Positions 37,339-46,100 of a stretch of DNA of 64,000 nucleotides are shown here, piece after piece. Made by a program: the position numbers and the translations under genes. Source of the stretch: Oscillospiraceae bacterium (GTDB taxonomy: Bacteria > Bacillota > Clostridia > Oscillospirales > Ruminococcaceae); NCBI GenBank assembly GCA_009777445.1, contig WRLV01000002.1, positions 8,256 to 72,255 of the forward strand, given 5' to 3'. The notes under the pieces were generated by a model that saw only the letters and a program-made list of their open reading frames with translations, was not told the DNA's origin and did no database searches. Within the stretch, counting starts at the first letter, position 1. Every line of letters starts with the position of its first letter.

Positions 37339-37734
37339 ATGAAAAAGGCTTTATCAACTATAATCATATCGGGATTTGCTGTTTTGGCAATGTCAACAGC
37401 TTCTTTTGCTACAACCGGTGACGGTGTAGTCGGCGGCGCGGTAAGAGGTGCCGGTGACGTAGTAAGAGGTGCGGCTGAAGGCGTTGAAGAGATTGTGAAT
37501 GGCGCGGCTAACACCGCTGAGGATATAGTGACACCCGGCCACGGGAACTATGCCACAAAAGACGGGACAAATCGTGAAGGGACACAAAGAGTGCATAATC
37601 GTGAAAGACAAAGGGTTGCAGGGGCGGCTTCCGAAAGAAACCCCGCGACAGGTGTGTCGGCAATTCCTTTTGCCATGACCTTAGGTTCGATAGGCGTTGC
37701 AACTATGGCTGCCGCTTCGGGTAGAAGAAGATAG
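37339..37734 (+). CDS. Small Gly/Val-rich secreted protein with a sortase-type C-terminal sorting signal (NPATG variant)
   Basis: Signal peptide MKKALSTIIISGFAVLAMSTASFA. The C-terminus has NPATG, a hydrophobic stretch, then RRR. Confidence 0.7.
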   Translation: MKKALSTIIISGFAVLAMSTASFATTGDGVVGGAVRGAGDVVRGAAEGVEEIVNGAANTAEDIVTPGHGNYATKDGTNREGTQRVHNRERQRVAGAASERNPATGVSAIPFAMTLGSIGVATMAAASGRRR

Positions 37735-37813
37735 GATGACAGTTGACAATTGACGAACAATTGACAATTGACAATTGACAGTTGACAGTTGAGAGTTGAC
37801 AGTTGAGAGTTGT
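37735..37813 (+). repeat. Longest heptad array of the family, copy 8 (about 11 units)
   Basis: GACAGTTGACAATTGACGAACAATTGACAATTGACAATTGACAGTTGACAGTTGAGAGTTGACAGTTGAGAGTTG immediately follows the TAG stop. Confidence 0.9.
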
Positions 37814-37830
37814 GTTCGTTTGTTGCAAGT

Positions 37831-37947
37831 GAAACCAGCGCGTGAGATGTTGTAAATAAAGCTCACGTATTCCCGGTCTGAAACCAGCGCGTGAGATGTT
37901 GTAAATAAGGCTCACGTATTCCCGGTCTGAAACCGGCGTCACGCCGG
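37831..37947. repeat. Tandem 49-bp direct repeat (2 full units plus a partial third ending in a CCGGCG-TCA-CGCCGG hairpin)
   Basis: Units at 37831-37879 and 37880-37928 differ at 1 position. Each contains a CGTGAG...CTCACG inverted repeat. Confidence 0.9.
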
Positions 37948-37985
37948 AAAAAAAGCGCCCAACACTTGTTATAAGTGTTGGGCGA
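37948..37985 (-). terminator. Intrinsic terminator of the minus-strand zinc-ribbon gene
   Basis: The minus strand reads CGCCCAACACTT-ataac-AAGTGTTGGGCGC followed by TTTTTTT. Confidence 0.75.
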
Positions 37986-38079
37986 CTTAAATCTCATTGC
38001 AATTGCCGGAATACTGAACATCTGTTTGTTTTACAAAGTAAGTATTGCGAAATTGACCAATGAAGGCATAAGGATTAGC

Positions 38080-38349
38080 TTATGCTCTTTGTTTTGCGAA
38101 ACATTCGCTGCAATATACAGGTCTGTCATCACGGGGTCTGAAAGGCACTTTCGCCTCGCCGCCGCAATCAGCACATGTTGCAACAAAAGTTTCTTTGTTT
38201 CTTGCAGAATTTTTTCTGGCGTCGCGACAATCTTTGCAACGCTGTGGCTCATTCACAAAGCCTTTTTCCGCATAGAATTCCTGTTCGCCCGAAGTGAAGG
38301 TAAATTCTTCACCACAGTCTTTACAGTTTAGGGTCTTGTCTTCAAACAT
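38080..38349 (-). CDS. CxxC-x17-CxxC zinc-ribbon protein
   Basis: MFEDKTLNCKDCGEEFTFTSGEQEFYAEKGFVNEPQRCKDCR...CADCG...CSEC. The ATG at 38349 is preceded by GAGGT. Confidence 0.8.
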   Translation of the reverse strand: MFEDKTLNCKDCGEEFTFTSGEQEFYAEKGFVNEPQRCKDCRDARKNSARNKETFVATCADCGGEAKVPFRPRDDRPVYCSECFAKQRA

Positions 38350-38570
38350 TTGATATACCTCGCAAATTTTCGCAAATTTTTTTCCGACCTCGGACGGACT
38401 CTCACCGACACCTTTGTAAAACAACGCTCTGAAATTAAGCTACCGGGTCATGAATTAGAAAAACAGACATATGCATTATACCACTGTAACATGCTATTGT
38501 CAAGTGGTTAAATTAAATTTTGTCAATTTAAACAAATTTATAGCATTAAAATGTACACATTCCACAAAAA

Positions 38571-39113
38571 TTAATAAGCATATTTAGCTCTTCCTATTTT
38601 ATAGATGTCATTGCCGTTTGAATCGAGGGCAACAATAAGCGGAAAATTCTCAAAATAAAGCCGCTTAATGCTTTCACACCCCAATTCGGGAAAGGCGACA
38701 ACCTCAGCCGTTTTGACGCACTGTGCCGCTAACGCCCCCGCCCCGCCTATTGCGGCGAAATAAACGGCGTTGTTTCTGATGTTCGCCTCTCTCACCGCGC
38801 TGTTTCTCTCGCCCTTGCCGATTGTTGCGGCAACCCCTAAATCTAAGAGCAAGGGGGTAAATCTGTCCATTCTGCCGGAAGTGGTGGGCCCGCAAGAGCC
38901 GATTGGAAGGTCGGCAGGGCGTTGAGTGGGCCCGGCATAATAAATTACCGCGCCCTTTAACTCAAACGGTAGGGGGTTGTTCGACTCAATAAGTTTAGCT
39001 AAAAGCTTATGCGCCGCATCGCGCGCGGTGTAAACTGTTCCCGAAAGAAAGATTTTATCCCCGGCGTTAAGCTCACTCGCCCTTCCACGCAACTCGCTTG
39101 TATTCAGAATCAT
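38571..39113 (-). CDS. Fe-S type hydro-lyase beta subunit (class I fumarate hydratase / tartrate dehydratase C-terminal domain)
   Basis: [39 protein letters not shown] and TIGKGERN motifs. Confidence 0.8.
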   Translation of the reverse strand: MILNTSELRGRASELNAGDKIFLSGTVYTARDAAHKLLAKLIESNNPLPFELKGAVIYYAGPTQRPADLPIGSCGPTTSGRMDRFTPLLLDLGVAATIGKGERNSAVREANIRNNAVYFAAIGGAGALAAQCVKTAEVVAFPELGCESIKRLYFENFPLIVALDSNGNDIYKIGRAKYAY

Positions 39114-40516
39114 TTGATAAGGTCCTCATCGAAAAATTTGTGGTCCATTCCATCGTTGTCGCCGTCTGAAGAGTCGGCGAGAACTAAATTACCCGGAACT
39201 TTAGGGTCTATTTTGAGTTTTTGGGTTTTGTCGCCCGTTGTGAACATAGACTCGGACAAGTCTTTGCCCTTTTCAACCACGGTAGGGTTGGTGGGCGGTA
39301 AATCTCTACCCTTATCGACTTTAGCCGGGTCTTTGGCTTCAAGATTTGAGCCTTTATCAATAGCTTTCGGATTGAAAGCAGTAACGCGTGGTGTCGGAAC
39401 AGGAGTCGGAACCGGTGAGGGTGTCGGAATTGGTGCGGCTGTAGGAGTCGGCACAGGTGTGGGAACCGGCGCAGGTGTAGGAACCGGTTTGGGAGTCGGA
39501 ACCGGAGCAGGTGTCGGAACCGGTGCAGGTGTCGGAACCGGTGCAGGTGTCGGAACCGGTGCAGGTGTCGGAACCGGAGCAGGTGTCGGAATCGGAGCAG
39601 GTGTCGGAACCGGTGCAGGTGTCGGAACCGGCGCAGGAGTAGGAACCGGCGCAGGTGTCGGAATCGGCGCAGGAGTAGGAACCGGCGCAGGTGTCGGAAT
39701 CGGCGCAGGTGTCGGGACCGGCTGTTCCATCATAAATGAGCTTGTTTCTCCCGTTGAAAATTCACTCAAAAGAGCATCGTCCATCAACGAAGGGGCAGAA
39801 GAGTGTTGCACGGGTGGCGCAACAGGCTGTTCTTGTGAAAATCCTTCCGAAACGTCTAACGCAAATTCGTTCATAAAATCGTCGCCCATCTCGCCCATTA
39901 AAGAAGTAGTGCTTTCTTCGTGTTTCGGCGCGGGCGCAGGAGCAGTCCCCATGGCAAAATCATCGGGAACATCTATTGACAACTCGTTACCAAAGCCGCC
40001 GAACTCCTCTGATAATGACGGGGCAGGAACGGGTTGTGGTGTTGGAATGGGTTGCGGTGTCGGTGCCGGTGTGGGAATGGGTGTTGGTATGGGTTGCGGC
40101 GTTGGTGTGGGAACGGGTTGCGGCTCCGGCGTGGGCAGTGGTTGCGGCATGGGTGTCGGCGCAGGTGTCCCACCCTGTCTGTAAGCATTAAGCTCTTCCA
40201 ACAACAGACGACATTTGTTTTCAGCAGAGAAGACCGCCTCCCTCTCAGCGTTAATTTTCGCGTTGAGGTCGGTGAGTTGCTTTTCATAGTCTGCCGTCAA
40301 CTCGTTAATGTTCTTTTGAACATGGTCAAGTCGCTCAACTTCTTCCCTGCAGTGAGCCGCTTCTTTTTCGAGTTCGATATTTTTCTTTTTGAGGTCATAT
40401 ATGTATTTGTTTACCTGCTGTTTGTTAAAGCCCCCAACTTCGGTCTTGAAGGTAACGCCCTCAAACCCCGAATCTAAGTCGTTAATTTTTTTTACAGGTT
40501 GTTTATTAATCGCCAT
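39110..40516 (-). CDS. DivIVA-domain / coiled-coil protein with long Pro-rich (PAPVPT)n repeats
   Basis: The N-terminus [23 protein letters not shown] is DivIVA-like, followed by a coiled coil and two Pro-rich tracts. The ATG at 40516 has RBS AAAGGA. ATGA overlap with the downstream gene. Confidence 0.7.
   Translation of the reverse strand: MAINKQPVKKINDLDSGFEGVTFKTEVGGFNKQQVNKYIYDLKKKNIELEKEAAHCREEVERLDHVQKNINELTADYEKQLTDLNAKINAEREAVFSAENKCRLLLEELNAYRQGGTPAPTPMPQPLPTPEPQPVPTPTPQPIPTPIPTPAPTPQPIPTPQPVPAPSLSEEFGGFGNELSIDVPDDFAMGTAPAPAPKHEESTTSLMGEMGDDFMNEFALDVSEGFSQEQPVAPPVQHSSAPSLMDDALLSEFSTGETSSFMMEQPVPTPAPIPTPAPVPTPAPIPTPAPVPTPAPVPTPAPVPTPAPIPTPAPVPTPAPVPTPAPVPTPAPVPTPAPVPTPKPVPTPAPVPTPVPTPTAAPIPTPSPVPTPVPTPRVTAFNPKAIDKGSNLEAKDPAKVDKGRDLPPTNPTVVEKGKDLSESMFTTGDKTQKLKIDPKVPGNLVLADSSDGDNDGMDHKFFDEDLIK
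39390..39722 (-). repeat. 18-nt tandem coding repeat (about 17 units) encoding (PAPVPT)n; a second Pro-rich tract lies at about 40020..40170
   Basis: The unit GGTGCAGGTGTCGGAACC is iterated on the plus strand. Confidence 0.9.
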
Positions 40517-40702
40517 TACTATACCATTCCTTTCCGAAAATAACTGTTCATCAATTATTATAACACTAAATAAAAAAAATTTCAATAGTTTTTAGAATAT
40601 TTATTAAAAACTATTAAAAACTACTTGAAATATTTTAAATATTGTTGTATAATTATGTTAAAGGGGATTAAATTGAGATATAAAATTAGGAGGGTTTTGA
40701 AA

Positions 40703-40960
40703 ATGATGGAAATAGATAAGACTATTGCTTTTAGCGTTCATGAAGAGAGAGACAAGGAAATGAAAGAGATTCTGACCACGGTGTATGAAGCTTTGAGCGA
40801 AAAGGGATATAATCCCATAAATCAGTTAGTGGGCTACATATTGTCAGAAGACCCGACTTATATCACCACATATAGCAACGCGCGCTCTCTCATACGTCAT
40901 ATCGACCGTGACGAGCTGTTGCAAATGTTGGTTAAAAGCTATTTGGGGAACAGAGGGTAG
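40703..40960 (+). CDS. ireB: IreB-family regulatory phosphoprotein (UPF0297/DUF965)
   Basis: [53 protein letters not shown]. Confidence 0.85.
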   Translation: MMEIDKTIAFSVHEERDKEMKEILTTVYEALSEKGYNPINQLVGYILSEDPTYITTYSNARSLIRHIDRDELLQMLVKSYLGNRG

Positions 40961-41085
40961 AGTTCTATATGAGAAAATTTTCAAGTTTTTTCAAGTTATA
41001 AAATCCGAGTAAATATTAATACTATACTTGACGGCAAATTTCGTCAAAATATTGAAAAGGATTTAGGGCATTTATGCCCTCATGA

Positions 41086-42054
41086 ATGAATATGAAAATT
41101 AGAGCTTTAATTCTTTGCGCCGCAATAATTTGCTCACTGAGCTTAACCGGTTGCAGAACCAATACTGCCGGTGGAAATAACGCGGCTACCAATACCGTCC
41201 ACACTACAGCAGGGGGCCCGGTGGGGACTCCTACAGCCACTACGCGCGCGCACATCGCCGAAAATAACGGCGAGGTTATAGACGAGACAAACACGGCAGT
41301 CGAGGGTAATCCCCCGACTGCCGAACATCTGCCTGCAATGGCTTTTACCATTCCAACCAACAATGATGTATCGAAAATCAGCAATACTAAAATCGGTTGG
41401 GGATTGGGCAAAGCCGCTGATTCTTCCGGTCGCCCCACCGATGCCGTAATCGCCAACGAAAAGTATAAGATATATAACGCCAAATTTATCGGCGAAAACG
41501 AAAGAAAAATCTACCTTACATTTGACGAGGGGTACGAGAACGGCTACACCCCTTCGATTTTAGACACACTGAAAGAAAAGGGAGTTCAAGCGACGTTTTT
41601 CGTCACATATGACTATTGCAAAAACAACGCCGAACTTGTAAACCGAATGCTCGCCGAGGGTCACACGGTAGGAAACCACTCGCACACCCACCCTTCATTT
41701 CCCGATTTAAGCGCGCATGAGGTAAATGACGAAATCACCTATTTGCATGATTATGTAGAGAAAAATTTCGGTTATAAGATGACACTTATAAGATTTCCGA
41801 TGGGTGAATTTTCCGACCGCACTTTAGCCATAGCCAATAATTTGGGTTATAAAAGCATTTTCTGGTCTTTCGCCTATCTCGACTGGGACGTAAACAACCA
41901 ACCCGCTCCAACAGAAGCCTTCAAGAAAATAGCAGAAGGAACTCACCCGGGCGCAATCATTCTGCTACACGCCGTTTCAGCCACCAACGCCGCAATCCTC
42001 CCCGACTTAATAGACTTTTGGCATGATAATGGGTGGGAGTTGGCGGTCAATTGA
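41086..42054 (+). CDS. Polysaccharide deacetylase lipoprotein (PdaA-like, CE4)
   Basis: Lipobox LSLTGC. CE4 motifs YLTFDEGYE and HTVGNHSHTHP. The stop TGA lies inside the CAATTGACAATG heptads. Confidence 0.85.
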   Translation: MNMKIRALILCAAIICSLSLTGCRTNTAGGNNAATNTVHTTAGGPVGTPTATTRAHIAENNGEVIDETNTAVEGNPPTAEHLPAMAFTIPTNNDVSKISNTKIGWGLGKAADSSGRPTDAVIANEKYKIYNAKFIGENERKIYLTFDEGYENGYTPSILDTLKEKGVQATFFVTYDYCKNNAELVNRMLAEGHTVGNHSHTHPSFPDLSAHEVNDEITYLHDYVEKNFGYKMTLIRFPMGEFSDRTLAIANNLGYKSIFWSFAYLDWDVNNQPAPTEAFKKIAEGTHPGAIILLHAVSATNAAILPDLIDFWHDNGWELAVN

Positions 42055-42158
42055 CAATGTACAATTGACAATTGACAATTGTGGAGTCGCCTTGCGGCGA
42101 CGGATTTAAAATTATAACAGCTACACCGCCCGGCAGTTTTTGCTGGGCGGTGTATTTT
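42048..42158 (+). repeat. Composite intergenic repeat, copy 9 (full-length, includes the terminator module)
   Basis: Heptads at 42048-42084. GTCGCCTTGCGGCGAC at 42086-42101. ATTATAACAGCT. ACACCGCCCGGCAG-TTTTT-GCTGGGCGGTGT at 42123-42153, followed by a T run. Confidence 0.9.
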
Positions 42159-42179
42159 GCTGGAATGTCTTGCGAGAAT

Positions 42180-42205
42180 GGGTGAGGGTGGGGAGGGGAG
42201 AGGGG
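42180..42205 (+). other. G-quadruplex-forming motif
   Basis: GGGTGAGGGTGGGGAGGGGAGAGGGG has five G3-4 runs with 1-3 nt loops, in an AT-rich genome. Confidence 0.5.
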
Positions 42206-42222
42206 CGTTTTATTTTAAAACC

Positions 42223-42283
42223 GTCCGCGCAAGCGGACACCACAATTGTCAATTGTCAATTGTACATTGTCAACTGTCCGTCA
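42223..42283 (-). repeat. Orphan copy of the repeat family, copy 10 (hairpin plus heptads oriented for a minus-strand gene that is not there)
   Basis: GTCCGCGCAAGCGGAC at 42223-42238 is followed by CCACAATTGTCAATTGTCAATTGTACATTGTCAACTGTCCGTCAG. Confidence 0.9.
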
Positions 42284-42319
42284 GGGGCTTGTTTGCTTTG
42301 CTTTTTTGTGCGAAAATAA

Positions 42320-42955
<636 letters not shown>

Positions 42956-42982
42956 ACTATAAAAAGGTGTACTTTTTTATAG
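42956..42982 (+). repeat. IR-L, hix-like recombination site
   Basis: aCTATAAAAAGGT-GT-ACTTTTTTATAG: 12-bp half-sites, near-palindromic with 1 mismatch, around an asymmetric GT core at 42969-42970. Confidence 0.8.
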
Positions 42983-43000
42983 CGATTTTGCTATTGTCAT

Positions 43001-43029
43001 ATTTTACCATTTATTTTGAGCAATGTCAA
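43001..43029 (-). promoter_or_regulatory. Consensus extended -10 promoter inside the invertible segment, currently facing the invertase gene (OFF for the LRR gene)
   Basis: The minus strand reads TTGACA (43029-43024), a 17-nt spacer, then TGgTAAAAT (-10 at 43006-43001). Confidence 0.75.
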
Positions 43030-43094
43030 GTGTTTTTTGTAAATTCTTTTAAAATATTTACTGTTTTGGTTTGTTTAACGCCCGAAAAAGCTTA

Positions 43095-43121
43095 CTATAA
43101 AAAAGTACACCTTTTTATAGT
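43095..43121 (-). repeat. IR-R, hix-like recombination site
   Basis: CTATAAAAAAGT-AC-ACCTTTTTATAGt is a perfect reverse complement of IR-L. The core AC is at 43107-43108. Confidence 0.8.
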
Positions 43122-43152
43122 AAAAAATAGTAGCGAACGGAGGGCGCAGGCA

Positions 43153-46100
43153 ATGAAAAAGAGAGTTTTATCAATATTTTTAACAATGGTGATAGTCATC
43201 GGGTTTATTCCGGGTGGAATGTTAAGTGCGAGCGCAGCAGACTCCGGCGATGGTTGGTCGTTAGATGGTGATGGGGTGCTTACTATCGAAAATGACGTTG
43301 GTATGAATGATTGGGTTGACAATTGGCAGTACCGCAACAGACCGGCACTTCGCATAGTTGTTATTCAAGACAGCGTTACATTTATAGGTGATTCGGCGTT
43401 CTCCCAGTACGAGAGTTTAACGAGCGTGACAATTGGCAATGGAGTGACAAGTATAGGTGAGTCGGCATTTAACCTGTGTACGGGGTTGACGAGCATTACA
43501 ATTGGCAACGGTGTGACGAGTATAGGCAATTGGGCATTTAGCAATTGCACGGGGTTGACGAGCGTAATAATCGGCAATGGCGTGACAAGTATAGGCGATT
43601 ATGCGTTTTGGAATTGCAGTGGGTTGACGAGCGTGATAATCCCAGACAGCGTGACAAGTATAGGCGATAGTGCATTTAGAGGTTGCACGGGGTTGACGAG
43701 TGTGACAATCGGCAATAGCGTGACGAGTATAGGCCATTGGGCATTTCAAGGTTGCACGGGGTTGACGAGTGTGACAATTGGAAATAGGGTTGAAACTATA
43801 GAACAGGAGGCATTTCACGGTTGCACGGGGTTGACGGAAATCATAATCCCCGACAGTGTGACGAGTATAGGTCGGGCTGCATTTGGAGGTTGCACGGGGT
43901 TGACGAGTGTGACAATCGGCAATAGCGTGACAAGTATAGACGGTAGTGCATTTTCCGGTTGCGCGGGGTTGACGGAAATAAAAGTTTCGGCCGCCAATCA
44001 AAGACTCGCCGATATAGATGGCGTGTTGTTTAACAAAAACACAACAGAGCTTATACGATATCCGAGTGGAAGAGTAGGAAGTTATAAAATCCCCGACAGC
44101 GTGACAAGTATAGGTAATTTTGCATTTTCCGGTTGCGCGGGGTTGACTGAAATAACAATCCCCAATAACGTAACAACTATAGGTCAGTCGGCATTTGGCG
44201 GTTGCACGAGGTTAACAGAAATAACAATCCCCGACAGCGTGACAAGTATAGGCCCTTATGCATTTTTCGGTTGCACAGGATTAACAGAAATAATAATCCC
44301 CGACAGTGTGACAAGTATAGGCAGTTCTGCATTTTACGCTTGCACGGGCTTGACAGAAATAACAATACCTGATAGCGTGATAAGTATAGGCGAGAGTGCA
44401 TTTTACTTTTGTACTGAATTGACGAGCGTGACAATCGGCAATGGCGTGACAAGTATAGGCGGTTTGGCATTTTCTGGTTGCACAAAGTTAACAAGCGTGA
44501 CAATCGGCAATGGCGTGACAAGTATAGACAGTTCTGCATTTTCCAACACGGCACTACTTAACAATCACCCTAACGGAGTAATTTATGCAGGAAATTGGGT
44601 AATAGGCTATAAAGGAACTATGCCCCCAAATACAAGTATAACATTACGCAATGATACGCGAGGGATTGCCACCTTTGCTTTTCGGGGACAAACAAATCTA
44701 ACCTCAATAACAATTCCCGACAGTGTGACAAATATAGGCATATCTACATTTTTCGGTTGCACGGGGTTGACGAATGTGACAATCGGCAATAGCGTGACAA
44801 GTATAGACGGTAGTGCATTTTTCGCTTGCACGGGGTTAACAGAAATAACAATACCTGATAGCGTGATAAGTATAGGCGAGGGTGCATTTGCAGGTTGCAC
44901 GGGGGTAACAAAAATAACAATACCTGATAGCGTGATAAGTATAGGCGAGAGTGCATTTGCAAGTTGCACAGGGTTAACAGAAATAACAATCTCCGACAGC
45001 ATAACAAGCATAGGCAATTATGCATTTTTGGGTTGCACAGAATTAACAAGTATAACCTTTAAATCTCAAACACCGCCTTCGTTTGGCTCTTATGTTTTCC
45101 AGTATATCCCATCAAACGCGATAATATATGTCCCAATAGGCGCGAAAGCGGCTTATTCAGCGGTTAGCCAGTTAAGCGCGTTTAATATCGTTGAAGTTTT
45201 CTTCTCTTGCGGCGACCATTGCAAGGGCGAAGGCGAATGTGATGAGCCGTGTGCCAAAGCGGCAGTTGGCGATGGTTGGTCGTTGGACGATGACGGGTTA
45301 CTTACTATAATGAATGATATCGGTATGAACCACTGGGTCAATAACGGAAGAGATGTCTACAGAAACGCAGTTCGCGAGATTGTTATTCAAGATGATGTGA
45401 CAAATATACCCAGTTATGCGTTTTTTGAATACGCAAAGCTAACAAACGTAACAATCGGTAACAAGGTTGAAACTATAGGCGAAGGTGCATTTTACAAGTG
45501 TACTGAATTAAAGAGTGTGAAAATCGGTAACAGTGTGACAAACATAGGCGGTGTTGCATTTTTGGGTTGCACGAGCTTGACCGAAATAACAATCACCGAC
45601 AGCGTGACAAGTATAGGCCCTTATGCATTTTTCGGTTGCTCGGGCTTGACGAGTGTGACAATCGGTAACAGGGTTGAAACTATAGGAGAAGAAGCGTTTT
45701 GGGGTTGCACAGAATTAACGAGCATGACTTTTAAATCTCAAACACCACCGGAGTTTGATTTGAGTGTTTTACATGATGTCCCGTCAAGCATGATAGTATA
45801 TGTACCAATAGGCGCGAAAGCGGCTTATTCAGCAGTTAGTGAGTTGAGTAGGTTTAATATCGTTGAAGTTTTTGAACCTTGCGGCGACCATTGCAAAGGC
45901 GAGGGCGAATGTGATGAGCCTTGTGAAAGGATAATCGCTTCCGGTATTGATTGGAAGTTAGACGAGAGCGGATTGTTGATTATAGAGAGTGATGTCGGTA
46001 TGGGTGACTGGATTAGCAACGGACGTAATCCTAATAGCGATTTGTTGCGCGCGGTTGTTATTCAAGATGGTGTTACACGTATAGGGGATTACGCATTTTC

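Larger units (their letters stand above)
42956..43121. mobile_element. Invertible DNA segment (inverton): two 27-bp perfect inverted repeats flanking 112 bp that carry a promoter
   Basis: IR-L at 42956-42982 is the exact reverse complement of IR-R at 43095-43121. See the findings. Confidence 0.8.

Noticed and set aside
39009-40184. 391-aa plus-strand ORF rich in GVGTGAG repeats
   Set aside because: It is the antisense shadow of the (PAPVPT)n coding repeat of the minus-strand DivIVA-like gene. It has no RBS and its composition is explained entirely by the repeat.
42957-42982. IR-L and IR-R interpreted as ordinary A/T-stem hairpin terminators
   Set aside because: Each site is nearly self-complementary, but the stems would be almost pure A-T with no G/C clamp. 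Two 26/27-bp sites that are exact mirror images, including the asymmetric core, lie next to an invertase. That arrangement fits recombination sites much better.
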